A stretch of 64,000 nt of DNA, from assembly GCA_963745025.1 (NCBI GenBank), contig CAVUWD010000016.1, positions 224,001-288,000 on the forward strand. The letters are read 5' to 3'. Shown here piece by piece: positions 19,959 through 28,446 of this stretch. The notes below the pieces were generated by a model that was given only the letters and a program-made list of their open reading frames with translations, had not been told where the DNA came from and made no database searches. This DNA is from an uncultured delta proteobacterium (GTDB lineage: Bacteria; Desulfobacterota; Binatia; JACPRU01). The position numbers and the translations under genes were made by a program. The stretch's first letter is position 1. Every line of letters starts with the position of its first letter.

Positions 19959-21113
19959 ATGATGATCAAGAGATACCTGCTGACCCCAGGGCCGACGCCA
20001 GTACCTCCGGAGGTGGCGCTGAAGATGGCCGAGCCGATCATCCACCATCGCACTCCGGAGTTCAGCAAGATTTTCTCCGAGGTTCGCGGCGGCCTGCAGA
20101 GGCTCTTCCAGACGGCAGGGGACGTGCTCGTGCTGGCCAGCTCCGGCACCGGCGCGATGGAAGCATCGGTGGTGAACCTGCTCTCGGCGGGGGACCGCGT
20201 CATCGTCGTGAACGGCGGTAAGTTCGGCGAGCGCTGGACGAAGATCTGCCAGAGCTATGGCGTCGTGGTCGAGGAACTCAAGGTCGAATGGGGCGAGGCC
20301 GTGGCGGTCGACCGCGTGCGCGCGGCGCTCGAGCAGTTTCCCGACGCCAAGGCGCTGCTCGTCCAGGCGAGCGAGACCTCGACGACCGCCGTTCATCCGG
20401 TCGAGGAGATCGCCGCGCTCACCAGAACCCGCGAGACGCTGCTCATCGTCGACGGCATCACCGCGGTCGGCGTGTACGACGTGCCGATGGATCGCTCCGG
20501 AATCGACGTGCTCGTGACGGGATCGCAAAAAGCGCTAATGCTGCCCCCCGGCCTCGCTTTCGTGGCGCTCAGCGAGCGCGCCTGGAAGCGCGCGGACAAG
20601 CCGCATCTGCCGAGCTTCTACTTCGACCTGAATCGCGAACGGAAGAACCAGGGGGACAATACGACGGCGTACACGCCGGCCGTGTCGCTCGTCTTCGGAC
20701 TCCATGCGGTGCTCGAGATGCTCGAGCAGGAAGGTTACGAGAACGTGTTTCGCCGCCACGCGCGGCTCGCCGCCGCGACGCGTGCCGCCGGAGCCGCGCT
20801 CGGCTTGAAGCCGCTCGCGCCGCTCGCGCCGAGCCCGGCGGCCACCGGTCTCTACATGCCGGCCGGCCTCGACAGCGGCAAGCTCACCAAGTACCTGCGC
20901 GACAAGGTGGGCGTCAGCTTCGCCGGCGGGCAGGATCATCTGAAGGGCAAGATCGTGCGCATCGCGCACATCGGCTACTTCGGCGATTTCGACATCGTGA
21001 CGGCGATCGCGGCGCTGGAGATGGCGCTCACCAAGTTCGGCGCACGCGTCGATTTCGGCAGCGGAGTCGCGGCTGCGGAGCGCGTGCTCGTGGAAGGCTT
21101 GCCGTCCGTGTGA
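19959..21113 (+). CDS. Class V aminotransferase (alanine-glyoxylate/serine-pyruvate family; probable phosphoserine aminotransferase role)
   Basis: LLTPGPTPVP, SSGTGAME, SETST, VDGIT, TGSQKALMLPPG; directly upstream of serA. Confidence 0.92.
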   Translation: MMIKRYLLTPGPTPVPPEVALKMAEPIIHHRTPEFSKIFSEVRGGLQRLFQTAGDVLVLASSGTGAMEASVVNLLSAGDRVIVVNGGKFGERWTKICQSYGVVVEELKVEWGEAVAVDRVRAALEQFPDAKALLVQASETSTTAVHPVEEIAALTRTRETLLIVDGITAVGVYDVPMDRSGIDVLVTGSQKALMLPPGLAFVALSERAWKRADKPHLPSFYFDLNRERKNQGDNTTAYTPAVSLVFGLHAVLEMLEQEGYENVFRRHARLAAATRAAGAALGLKPLAPLAPSPAATGLYMPAGLDSGKLTKYLRDKVGVSFAGGQDHLKGKIVRIAHIGYFGDFDIVTAIAALEMALTKFGARVDFGSGVAAAERVLVEGLPSV

Positions 21114-21127
21114 ACGGGAAGAATGTC

Positions 21128-22723
21128 ATGACGACGGAAGTCCACAAGGTACTGATCACCGATTCGCTCGCCGAGCAGGGACGCGCGATTCTCGAGCGCG
21201 TTCCCGAGATCCGCATGGACTACCGCCCGGGCCTGAAGCCCGACGAGATTCGCGCGATCATCGGCGAATACGACGCGTTGATCGTGCGCAGCGGCACGCG
21301 CGCGACGGCCGACATCATCCAAGCGGGGACGTCGCTGAAGGTGATCGGGCGGGCCGGCATCGGCGTCGACAACATCGACGTCGAGGCGGCGAGCAAGCGG
21401 GGGATCGTGGTGATGAATACGCCCGGCGGCAACAACGTGACCACCGCCGAGCACGCGCTCACCCTCCTGCTGGCGATGGCGCGCAACATTCCGCAGGCAT
21501 CGGCGTCTCTCCGCGCCGGCAAGTGGGAGCGAAACAAGTTCACCGGAGTGGAGGTTTGCGGCAAGACGCTCGGAATCATCGGCGTCGGCAACGTCGGCTC
21601 GGTGGTCGCGGATCGCGCCCAGGGCCTGAAGATGAAGGTGATCGCATACGATCCTTACCTCACCGCCGAAGCGGCTGCCCGGAGCGGCATCGAGCTCGTC
21701 TCGCTCGACGACCTCTACGCGCGCGCGGACTTCATTTCGGTGCATACGCCGCTCACCGCGGAAACGCGTGGGCTGATCGGCAAGGACGCGTTCGCGAAGA
21801 TGCGAAAAGGGGTACGGATCGTCAATTGTGCGCGCGGAGGAATCGTCGACGAGCTGGCGCTCGCGGAAGCGATTCGCGCCGGCCAGGTGGCCGGTGCCGC
21901 GCTCGACGTCTTCGTGGAGGAGCCGCCGCCGAAGGACCACCCGCTGCTCGCCCTCGACGGGATCGTAGCCACGCCGCATCTCGGCGCCTCGACGGACGAG
22001 GCACAGATCAACGTGGCGATCGCCATCGCCGAGCAGGTCGTCGACTTCCTGACCCGCGGCGAGGTACGCGCGGCGGTCAATTTTCCGAATCTCTCCGCCG
22101 AGCGGCTTGCCGTGCTCCAACCGTTCCTGGCGCTCGGCGAGAAAGTGGGCTCGCTGCAGGCGCAGATGGTGCCGGGTGCTCCCCGCGAAGTCGACATCGA
22201 GAGCAGCGGCGATGTGGCCGATCACGACATGAAGGCGCTGACCGCGTCGGTCCTGAAGGGGCTACTGTCGCCGGTGATGGAGTCGGGCGTGAACTATGTG
22301 AACGCGCCATTCATCGCGCGCGAACGCGGCATTCGCGTGGTCGAGTCGCGGTCGAGCGTCCCGTCGGACTTTCTCAATTCGCTGACCGTGCGCGTGAAGC
22401 GCGACGGTGAGACTACTGCGGTGACGGGAGCCGTGTTCGGCAAGAAGACCCTCCGCATCGTGCGCATCAACAAGTTCTACATGGAGGCGGTTCCGCAGGG
22501 ATACATCTTGATCCTCAACAACCGCGACGTCCCGGGCGTCGTCGGGGGTGTCGGCACTCTGCTCGGCGCGCGCGGGATCAACATCGCAGGGATCGAGCTC
22601 GGCCGCGACGAGAGCGGACAAGCGATCTCCTTCTTCCACGTCGACGAGCCCGTGCCGCCGCCGGTGCTCGCCGAGCTCCGGCGCCTGCCGGCGATAACCT
22701 CCGCGCAGCTCGTCCAGCTCTGA
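21128..22723 (+). CDS. serA: D-3-phosphoglycerate dehydrogenase
   Basis: LIVRSGT, GRAGIGVDNID, GVGNVG, NCARGG, TPHLGASTDEAQ, C-terminal ASB and ACT domains. Confidence 0.97.
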   Translation: MTTEVHKVLITDSLAEQGRAILERVPEIRMDYRPGLKPDEIRAIIGEYDALIVRSGTRATADIIQAGTSLKVIGRAGIGVDNIDVEAASKRGIVVMNTPGGNNVTTAEHALTLLLAMARNIPQASASLRAGKWERNKFTGVEVCGKTLGIIGVGNVGSVVADRAQGLKMKVIAYDPYLTAEAAARSGIELVSLDDLYARADFISVHTPLTAETRGLIGKDAFAKMRKGVRIVNCARGGIVDELALAEAIRAGQVAGAALDVFVEEPPPKDHPLLALDGIVATPHLGASTDEAQINVAIAIAEQVVDFLTRGEVRAAVNFPNLSAERLAVLQPFLALGEKVGSLQAQMVPGAPREVDIESSGDVADHDMKALTASVLKGLLSPVMESGVNYVNAPFIARERGIRVVESRSSVPSDFLNSLTVRVKRDGETTAVTGAVFGKKTLRIVRINKFYMEAVPQGYILILNNRDVPGVVGGVGTLLGARGINIAGIELGRDESGQAISFFHVDEPVPPPVLAELRRLPAITSAQLVQL

Positions 22724-22728
22724 CCGCG

Positions 22729-24081
22729 ATGCGCCGCGATCCGAAGACCCTCGTCGTGATCGGTGCCCAGTGGGGCGACGAGGGGAAGGGGAAGATCGTC
22801 GACCTGCTGGCGGAGCGATCCGACATCATCGTTCGCTTTCAGGGCGGGAACAACGCGGGCCACACGCTCGTGGTCGGCGGCGAGAAGACGGTCCTCCACC
22901 TCGTGCCGTCCGGAGTGCTGCACCACGGGAAGACGTGTGTGATCGCCAACGGAGTCGTGGTGGATCCGCTGGTGCTGCTCGACGAGATAGACGCGTTGCG
23001 CCGCCGGGGGTTCCTGGCGCGCGACGAGGATCTGCGCATCTCGGAGCAGGTGCATTTGATTCTGCCGTACCACAAGGCGATCGACCTCGCGCGCGAGCGC
23101 CTTCGCGGGCAGGGCAGGATCGGTACGACGGGGCGGGGGATCGGTCCAGCCTACGAGGACAAGATGGCGCGGATCGGGATCCGCATCGTGGATTTGCTCG
23201 AGGAGGAGACCTTTCGCGAGAAGCTCTCGGCGAACCTCGAGGAGAAGAACGCATACCTCCGTTCCATTCTCGGGGAAGACGCCTTCGCTTTCGACGGGAT
23301 CTTCGAGTCGTATCGCACGATCGGGGAACGCCTACGGCCTCACGTCGCCGACACGTCTCGCTTACTCGATCGGGAGATCCGCAGCGGCAAGCGTGTGCTC
23401 TTCGAGGGAGCGCAGGGCACCATGCTCGACGTCGATCATGGGACCTACCCGTTCGTGACGTCGTCCAATTGCGTCTCGGGCGCCGTGTTTGCCGGAAGCG
23501 GCATCGCCCCGGGATTGCTCGGTCGCTCGCTCGGCATCACCAAAGCATACACGACGCGCGTGGGAAGCGGGCCGTTCCCGACCGAGCTCGACGGGGCGAT
23601 CGGCGACAGGCTTCGCCGAGACGGCGACGAGTACGGGGCGACGACCGGCCGGGCCCGCCGTTGCGGCTGGTTCGATGCGGTCGCCGTGCGCCACGCCGTG
23701 CGGCTCTCCGGTCTCGACGGCCTCGCCATCACCAAGCTCGACGTGCTCGCCGGTCTCGATCCCTTGCGCATCTGCGTTGCATACCGCTCGGGCGAGTCGA
23801 CGATCGACCACGTACCGGCGGGCGCCCGTGCGCTCGCGCGGGCCGAGCCCGTCTACGAGGACTGGCCGGGCTTCGGCAGCTTATCGAGCGTCGGCAGCCT
23901 CGAGGAACTGCCGGCGAACGCGCGCCGCTATCTCGATCGGATCACGGAGCTGACCGGGGCTCCCGTTTGCATCGTCTCGGTCGGCGCGCGGCGCGAAGAC
24001 ACGATCGTGATCGACGACCCGTTCGCATGGGCGGCGGGCGCCAAACCCGGCTGCGAGCCCAACAACCTTCCATTGACTTAG
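22729..24081 (+). CDS. purA: Adenylosuccinate synthetase
   Basis: GAQWGDEGKGKIVD, GGNNAGHT, FEGAQG, GTYPFVTSS, YTTRVGSGPFPTE. Confidence 0.98.
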   Translation: MRRDPKTLVVIGAQWGDEGKGKIVDLLAERSDIIVRFQGGNNAGHTLVVGGEKTVLHLVPSGVLHHGKTCVIANGVVVDPLVLLDEIDALRRRGFLARDEDLRISEQVHLILPYHKAIDLARERLRGQGRIGTTGRGIGPAYEDKMARIGIRIVDLLEEETFREKLSANLEEKNAYLRSILGEDAFAFDGIFESYRTIGERLRPHVADTSRLLDREIRSGKRVLFEGAQGTMLDVDHGTYPFVTSSNCVSGAVFAGSGIAPGLLGRSLGITKAYTTRVGSGPFPTELDGAIGDRLRRDGDEYGATTGRARRCGWFDAVAVRHAVRLSGLDGLAITKLDVLAGLDPLRICVAYRSGESTIDHVPAGARALARAEPVYEDWPGFGSLSSVGSLEELPANARRYLDRITELTGAPVCIVSVGARREDTIVIDDPFAWAAGAKPGCEPNNLPLT

Positions 24082-24310
24082 CCCGCGCTTCTCACGTATT
24101 TCCCCTGCAATAGCGAGGGCCTGCGTGCCTTCTTGAGAGCGGCCTCAAGCTACGTGAAATCGCTCACCCGAACGTCTTCGCCGACGCTGCTTGACCTCGA
24201 GACACAATCTTCGCAAGACTACGAATGAAGAATCTATCCGCCTCCGGAAATCTGCTGCGGAAGGGTGAAACACAAGCGCGGGAGGATAACCCGCGGAGTC
24301 AGGGGGTCGT

Positions 24311-25600
24311 ATGAGCGGTCGAGGTGCAGCGGTGCTTGCTGGATTGGTCGGGGCGTTCCTGTGGATGGCGTCGCCGGCGGCGGGAGCCACGAGCCTGGTG
24401 GACCAGCTCGACGGCTTGTTCGGCCAAACGGGGGTCACGCTCGACGTCCAACCGGTCAATCCTGCCTTTCCTCCCCACACGGCGCACTTCCAAAGCGCCA
24501 GCTTGCAGCAGCTCGGCATCCTCACCAGCACACTCTCCGCAGAAGCGGCCGATTTCCCGGCCATCTCCACCGTTCCCGGATTCACCTACCGGTATGACGA
24601 GAAGCTCCAGGTGTTCGAGCCGGCGACAGGATCGCTCGGGCCGATTTTCGTCGAGCGCCCGGAGACGGTCGGCAAAGGGAAGTTCGAGTTCGGTCTTTCG
24701 TACGCCTACGTCGATTTCAAGCAGCTCAACGGGACAGATCTCGACAAGCTCAACTTCACGCTCAGTCACAACGACTGCTGCGGCGGTCCGAACACGCCCG
24801 ACTTCCCGGCGTTCGAAGACGACACAATCACTGTGAACCTCGAGAAGTTCAAGCTCACCTCGAACGTGATCACGCTCACCGGCACCTACGGTCTGACGGA
24901 CCGCTTCGACGTCAACCTGCTGCTGCCGGTCGTCTACACGGACATGGATGTACGGGGTGTGGCGACGATCCACAACACCACGCAGCCGCCGATCCATTTC
25001 TTCGACAACGCGACGCGGACCATTCAGCAAGTGCGCTCGGTGAGCGACAACCACCTCGGCGTCGGTGATCTGCAGCTACGCTCGAAGTATCGCCTCGATC
25101 CGATCGCGGGCTTCGGCACGGCCGTCGGGTTGACGTTCCGCCTCCCCTCCGGCTCGCAGGACAACTTCCAGGGTTTCGGCGATTTCACGCTGGAGCCGTT
25201 CGCCGTGACCGCCCGTGACTTCGGTCGCATCAACGTGCACGCGAGCACGGGCTTCCAGATCGATCCGCAGAGCCTCGACCGGACCCGCGTGCGCTACGGC
25301 GGCGGCGTTGCCTGGCAGGCCCTCGATCGTGTGGCGATCGTCACCGACATCATCGGCAGCTCGAACATCACCTCGGAGAAGGAGACGATCGACGTCCCCA
25401 CTTTCGATCAGCAAGGGAAGGTCATCGGCTCCCAGACGGTGACGACCAGCCTGCATGCCGACATCGTCGACGTCGTCCCGGGCATCAAGGTCAACATCGC
25501 GGGGTCGGCCGTCGCATTCTTCTCCGCCTTCGTACCCCTCAACGACAGCGGGTTGCGCGCCAGCTTCATCCCGACCGGCGGCGTCGAGATGAGCTTCTGA
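24311..25600 (+). CDS. Putative outer-membrane beta-barrel (MetA-pathway/'transporter'-like family)
   Basis: Signal peptide, alternating beta-strand pattern, GVGDLQLRSKY, FRLPSG, C-terminal F. Confidence 0.7.
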   Translation: MSGRGAAVLAGLVGAFLWMASPAAGATSLVDQLDGLFGQTGVTLDVQPVNPAFPPHTAHFQSASLQQLGILTSTLSAEAADFPAISTVPGFTYRYDEKLQVFEPATGSLGPIFVERPETVGKGKFEFGLSYAYVDFKQLNGTDLDKLNFTLSHNDCCGGPNTPDFPAFEDDTITVNLEKFKLTSNVITLTGTYGLTDRFDVNLLLPVVYTDMDVRGVATIHNTTQPPIHFFDNATRTIQQVRSVSDNHLGVGDLQLRSKYRLDPIAGFGTAVGLTFRLPSGSQDNFQGFGDFTLEPFAVTARDFGRINVHASTGFQIDPQSLDRTRVRYGGGVAWQALDRVAIVTDIIGSSNITSEKETIDVPTFDQQGKVIGSQTVTTSLHADIVDVVPGIKVNIAGSAVAFFSAFVPLNDSGLRASFIPTGGVEMSF

Positions 25601-25784
25601 GACATCTCGTCGGGGACGTTACACGTCTGCGCAACCGCGGAGATGACCTTGCCGAGCGTCAGCTCGGCCTCGAGCTCGTACGTGCGGCGAACTCCGGCGG
25701 ATGTCCTGGTCTCCCCATGCTGTCCTCCTTCGGACAGCAGCATCAGAGAATCCAAGAATAGGACTCCGCGAAAGCGAGGACACA
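25601..25784 (-). mobile_element. Degenerate IS3-family left end (orfA fragment)
   Basis: TG-starting end TGTGTCCTCGCTTTCGCGGAGTCC, GAAGGAGG RBS, ATG 25718 reading MGRPGHPPEF, then (frameshifted) RRTYEL...GKVISAVAQTCNV, resembling an HTH_Tnp_1 start. Confidence 0.4.
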
Positions 25785-26023
25785 CCAGATCGACACGAAA
25801 GAGGTCCGCCAGTTAAACCGCTTCCCGCTCCCGATCTGCGACGACGATCGGATTGAAGCGCCCGCACTATAGGAATAGAATGAAATAACGGCACGGTGGA
25901 ACACTCTATATCGCCATCGCCGATCGCCCAACCTACGCACAAAGGGCGATAGCAGATGTCAACACGAGTGGTGTCGATCCTCAAAACACTCGGGTCGCGA
26001 CAGTCCGGTTTCGGAGAGCCGCC

Positions 26024-26488
26024 ATGAACGCTATGCGTTGGAACGAAGATTCGATCCGTGACTTTTTCCGGCATGATCACGAACGCTTGGACCGATTGCT
26101 TGCCGAGTTCCGAAGTTCGAAGCGGACTGACTTCGCCCGCGCCGCAGAAGCGTTCCGCAAGTTTGCAGCGGGGCTCAAGCGCCACATCCGGTGGGAGGAA
26201 GAAGTTCTCTTCTCTGCGTTCGAGACAGACGACGAGAACCGCACGAGTGGCCCCACAGTGGTGATGCGCGCAGAGCACCGAAAGATCGAGGAGGCCCTTC
26301 AGAGACTAGACGATTGCGTCCGCGATGGAAATCCAGACTGTGACGAGGACGACGCCCGTCTCCTCGAGATCCTGCAGGCTCACAACTTTAAGGAAGAGCG
26401 AGTGGTTTATCCCCTGGTCGATCGGATGCTCGGCGCTGCTGAGAAGGAGGCGCTCCTTCACCGCATCCACGCCCTCTCCTCGAGCTGA
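26024..26488 (+). CDS. Hemerythrin/HHE cation-binding domain protein
   Basis: DHERLD, RHIRWEEEVLF, VMRAEH, HNFKEERVVYP. Confidence 0.9.
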   Translation: MNAMRWNEDSIRDFFRHDHERLDRLLAEFRSSKRTDFARAAEAFRKFAAGLKRHIRWEEEVLFSAFETDDENRTSGPTVVMRAEHRKIEEALQRLDDCVRDGNPDCDEDDARLLEILQAHNFKEERVVYPLVDRMLGAAEKEALLHRIHALSSS

Positions 26489-26740
26489 AGCTCACGCGCC
26501 ACTGCCTTGTTGGAGGCGGACTGAAACGCGAGCGTACCGAACGAGCTGGGCGCTCGCACACTAGACGACCTCGCTCGCTTCCTCGTCGCTCGGAAGCCCG
26601 ACTCGTCGCGCCACCTCGGCCTCGGAGTATCCCCTCTCGAGAAGCCGAGCCGCGCGCATCCGCCACTTCTCCAATCCAACGAAGTCCCGCGCCGCATCTC
26701 ACCTGGAAATCCCATGCGTCGCCGATCCCCGGGCGATCCC

Positions 26741-28126
26741 TCAAAAGTGGAACGATACCTCGGCCGTCCCGTTTGGCGTCCAGTCGGTGGTCAGACCTTC
26801 GCGATTGAGCGGAACGATGGCGTTGAAGCCGAAGACCAGGTCCTTGTAGGGGTTCAGCTTGATGCCGGGGATGATCTCGAATTTGTGGATGTCATCGCCC
26901 GACACCTGCAACCGGGCGACTTGGTCGAGCAATATGGTCATCCAACTGGTGGCTCGAAATTCGCCGCCGACGGAGTAGTCGAAGCGGTCCCGGTCACTGT
27001 CGTCCACGTCGGCATGAAAGCCCAAGTTGACATGACCGGCCAACAGGTCGTTTGCCATGGAGGCGACGACGCGCGGATCGAAGCGGACTGAACCGACGCC
27101 TTCGAGGTTGTCCTGGTCCCCTGTGGGAAGTGACGTGTTGAGGAGGAGCCCGAGCTCGGCGGGCCCGACCATGCCGAAGTAGTACTTGGTGCGGAGCACG
27201 ATGTCGCCGATCCCCGTACTGTTCTGGGTGAAGCTTACGCCGGAGTGCGGGGCGAAGACGGCGTCGACGTCCGATTCCCTTATGTCGTTGAGGCTCCGGA
27301 ACGGATGCAATTGCCCGTCGTTCTGCAATTCGAGGAGCGTTCCCTTCGGGGCTGGCGCGCCGCTCGGCAAAACCGTGTCCGTGGTCAGTCGCGCGAAGAA
27401 GTTCGAGACCGCCTTCCCTTTGAAGTCGGTTTGAACGATGGGTATGAAGATGCCGACGTCGAAGTTGTCGAAAACCCCGTACTGTGCCGAGAAGCCATAG
27501 AACTGCTGGCGCAGCTTGAAATTGAAGTACATCACGTCGACGAGCTCTGCGCCTCCCAAGTCGACTCCGAGACTCGAGAACGGAATGGGTCTCGAAGCCA
27601 GAACGAACACGCTGTCGCTCGGGAAATCATTGAAGTGCGTGTAGTCGAGATAGGAATAGGAAAAGCCGAACGTCAGCGTGTTGCGCCCGTTGGTCGGGGC
27701 TTCCTGCGAGATGGCCGGAGCCATCGGACGCTGCGCTCGAGTGAAGATTTCGAGCTTGGGATCGAACGTGTAGAGCACGCTGATCGATCCCGAAGGGATC
27801 GGGACGCCGTCGAGCGACGAACGCGCTTCGTTGGAGAACGTGTCGAACTCGGGAATGGTGGTTGACAGCCCTTGAAACGCCGGCACTCCCGCGCCTTGCA
27901 GGATCGCAGTCGCCGTGTACCGCTGGGCGAGCGAGAAGAAGCCGGAGATCGACTTGTCGACCGGTCCGAAGGCGTTGCCGAATTGTTGCTGAAACTCGCC
28001 GAGCGGCACGTACTGGGTTTGTGCGTGAACGCTCGGAGCGGTTAGGATCGCCATCGCTCCTACGACCAGCCAGCTCGCAATTCGTCGGGATTTCGCCCGC
28101 CCCAATCCCGGAGACCTAGTCGCCAT
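26741..28126 (-). CDS. Putative outer-membrane beta-barrel, paralog of 24311-25600
   Basis: Signal peptide, YTFDPKLEIF, FGFSYSYLDY, GIGDIVLRTKY, SLPTGD, C-terminal FHF; GGAGGGG RBS. Confidence 0.7.
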   Translation of the reverse strand: MATRSPGLGRAKSRRIASWLVVGAMAILTAPSVHAQTQYVPLGEFQQQFGNAFGPVDKSISGFFSLAQRYTATAILQGAGVPAFQGLSTTIPEFDTFSNEARSSLDGVPIPSGSISVLYTFDPKLEIFTRAQRPMAPAISQEAPTNGRNTLTFGFSYSYLDYTHFNDFPSDSVFVLASRPIPFSSLGVDLGGAELVDVMYFNFKLRQQFYGFSAQYGVFDNFDVGIFIPIVQTDFKGKAVSNFFARLTTDTVLPSGAPAPKGTLLELQNDGQLHPFRSLNDIRESDVDAVFAPHSGVSFTQNSTGIGDIVLRTKYYFGMVGPAELGLLLNTSLPTGDQDNLEGVGSVRFDPRVVASMANDLLAGHVNLGFHADVDDSDRDRFDYSVGGEFRATSWMTILLDQVARLQVSGDDIHKFEIIPGIKLNPYKDLVFGFNAIVPLNREGLTTDWTPNGTAEVSFHF

Positions 28127-28446
28127 ATCCCCTCCGTCCGTTTGAAGGCGCTTCATACCATCCAAGCGAAGCAGTTTGCCATCGGCCGAGCAGTCCTCAT
28201 ACCGGGACCTGGGGATAGGCGGTATTAGCACCCGAAGTTGTAAGGCCTGACCTCGGACGCACGGCGCCCCCCACTTCCGCCTCGGAACGCCTCTTTTCCA
28301 CGATGCGCGCACGGCGCTCATCAGCCAGGTCGGGGTCTTCAATCCTCTTGGAAGTCGAAAAATTCCAGGAAGCTCCTACCCGTCGCGGTACGTTGAGCCA
28401 ATCATCTTCGCTGCGGCTTGCAGGTTATCGCCGGCGTGCACGGGAC

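Noticed and set aside
18015-20528. 837-aa minus-strand ORF
   Set aside because: Antisense shadow of the kinase and aminotransferase; typical of high-GC DNA
20288-21127. Apparent 280-aa N-terminal extension of SerA
   Set aside because: Arg-rich off-frame overlap with the aminotransferase; real start is ATG 21128
28165-28185. Sigma54-like motif upstream of the second barrel
   Set aside because: GG-to-GC spacing is 11 rather than the required 10
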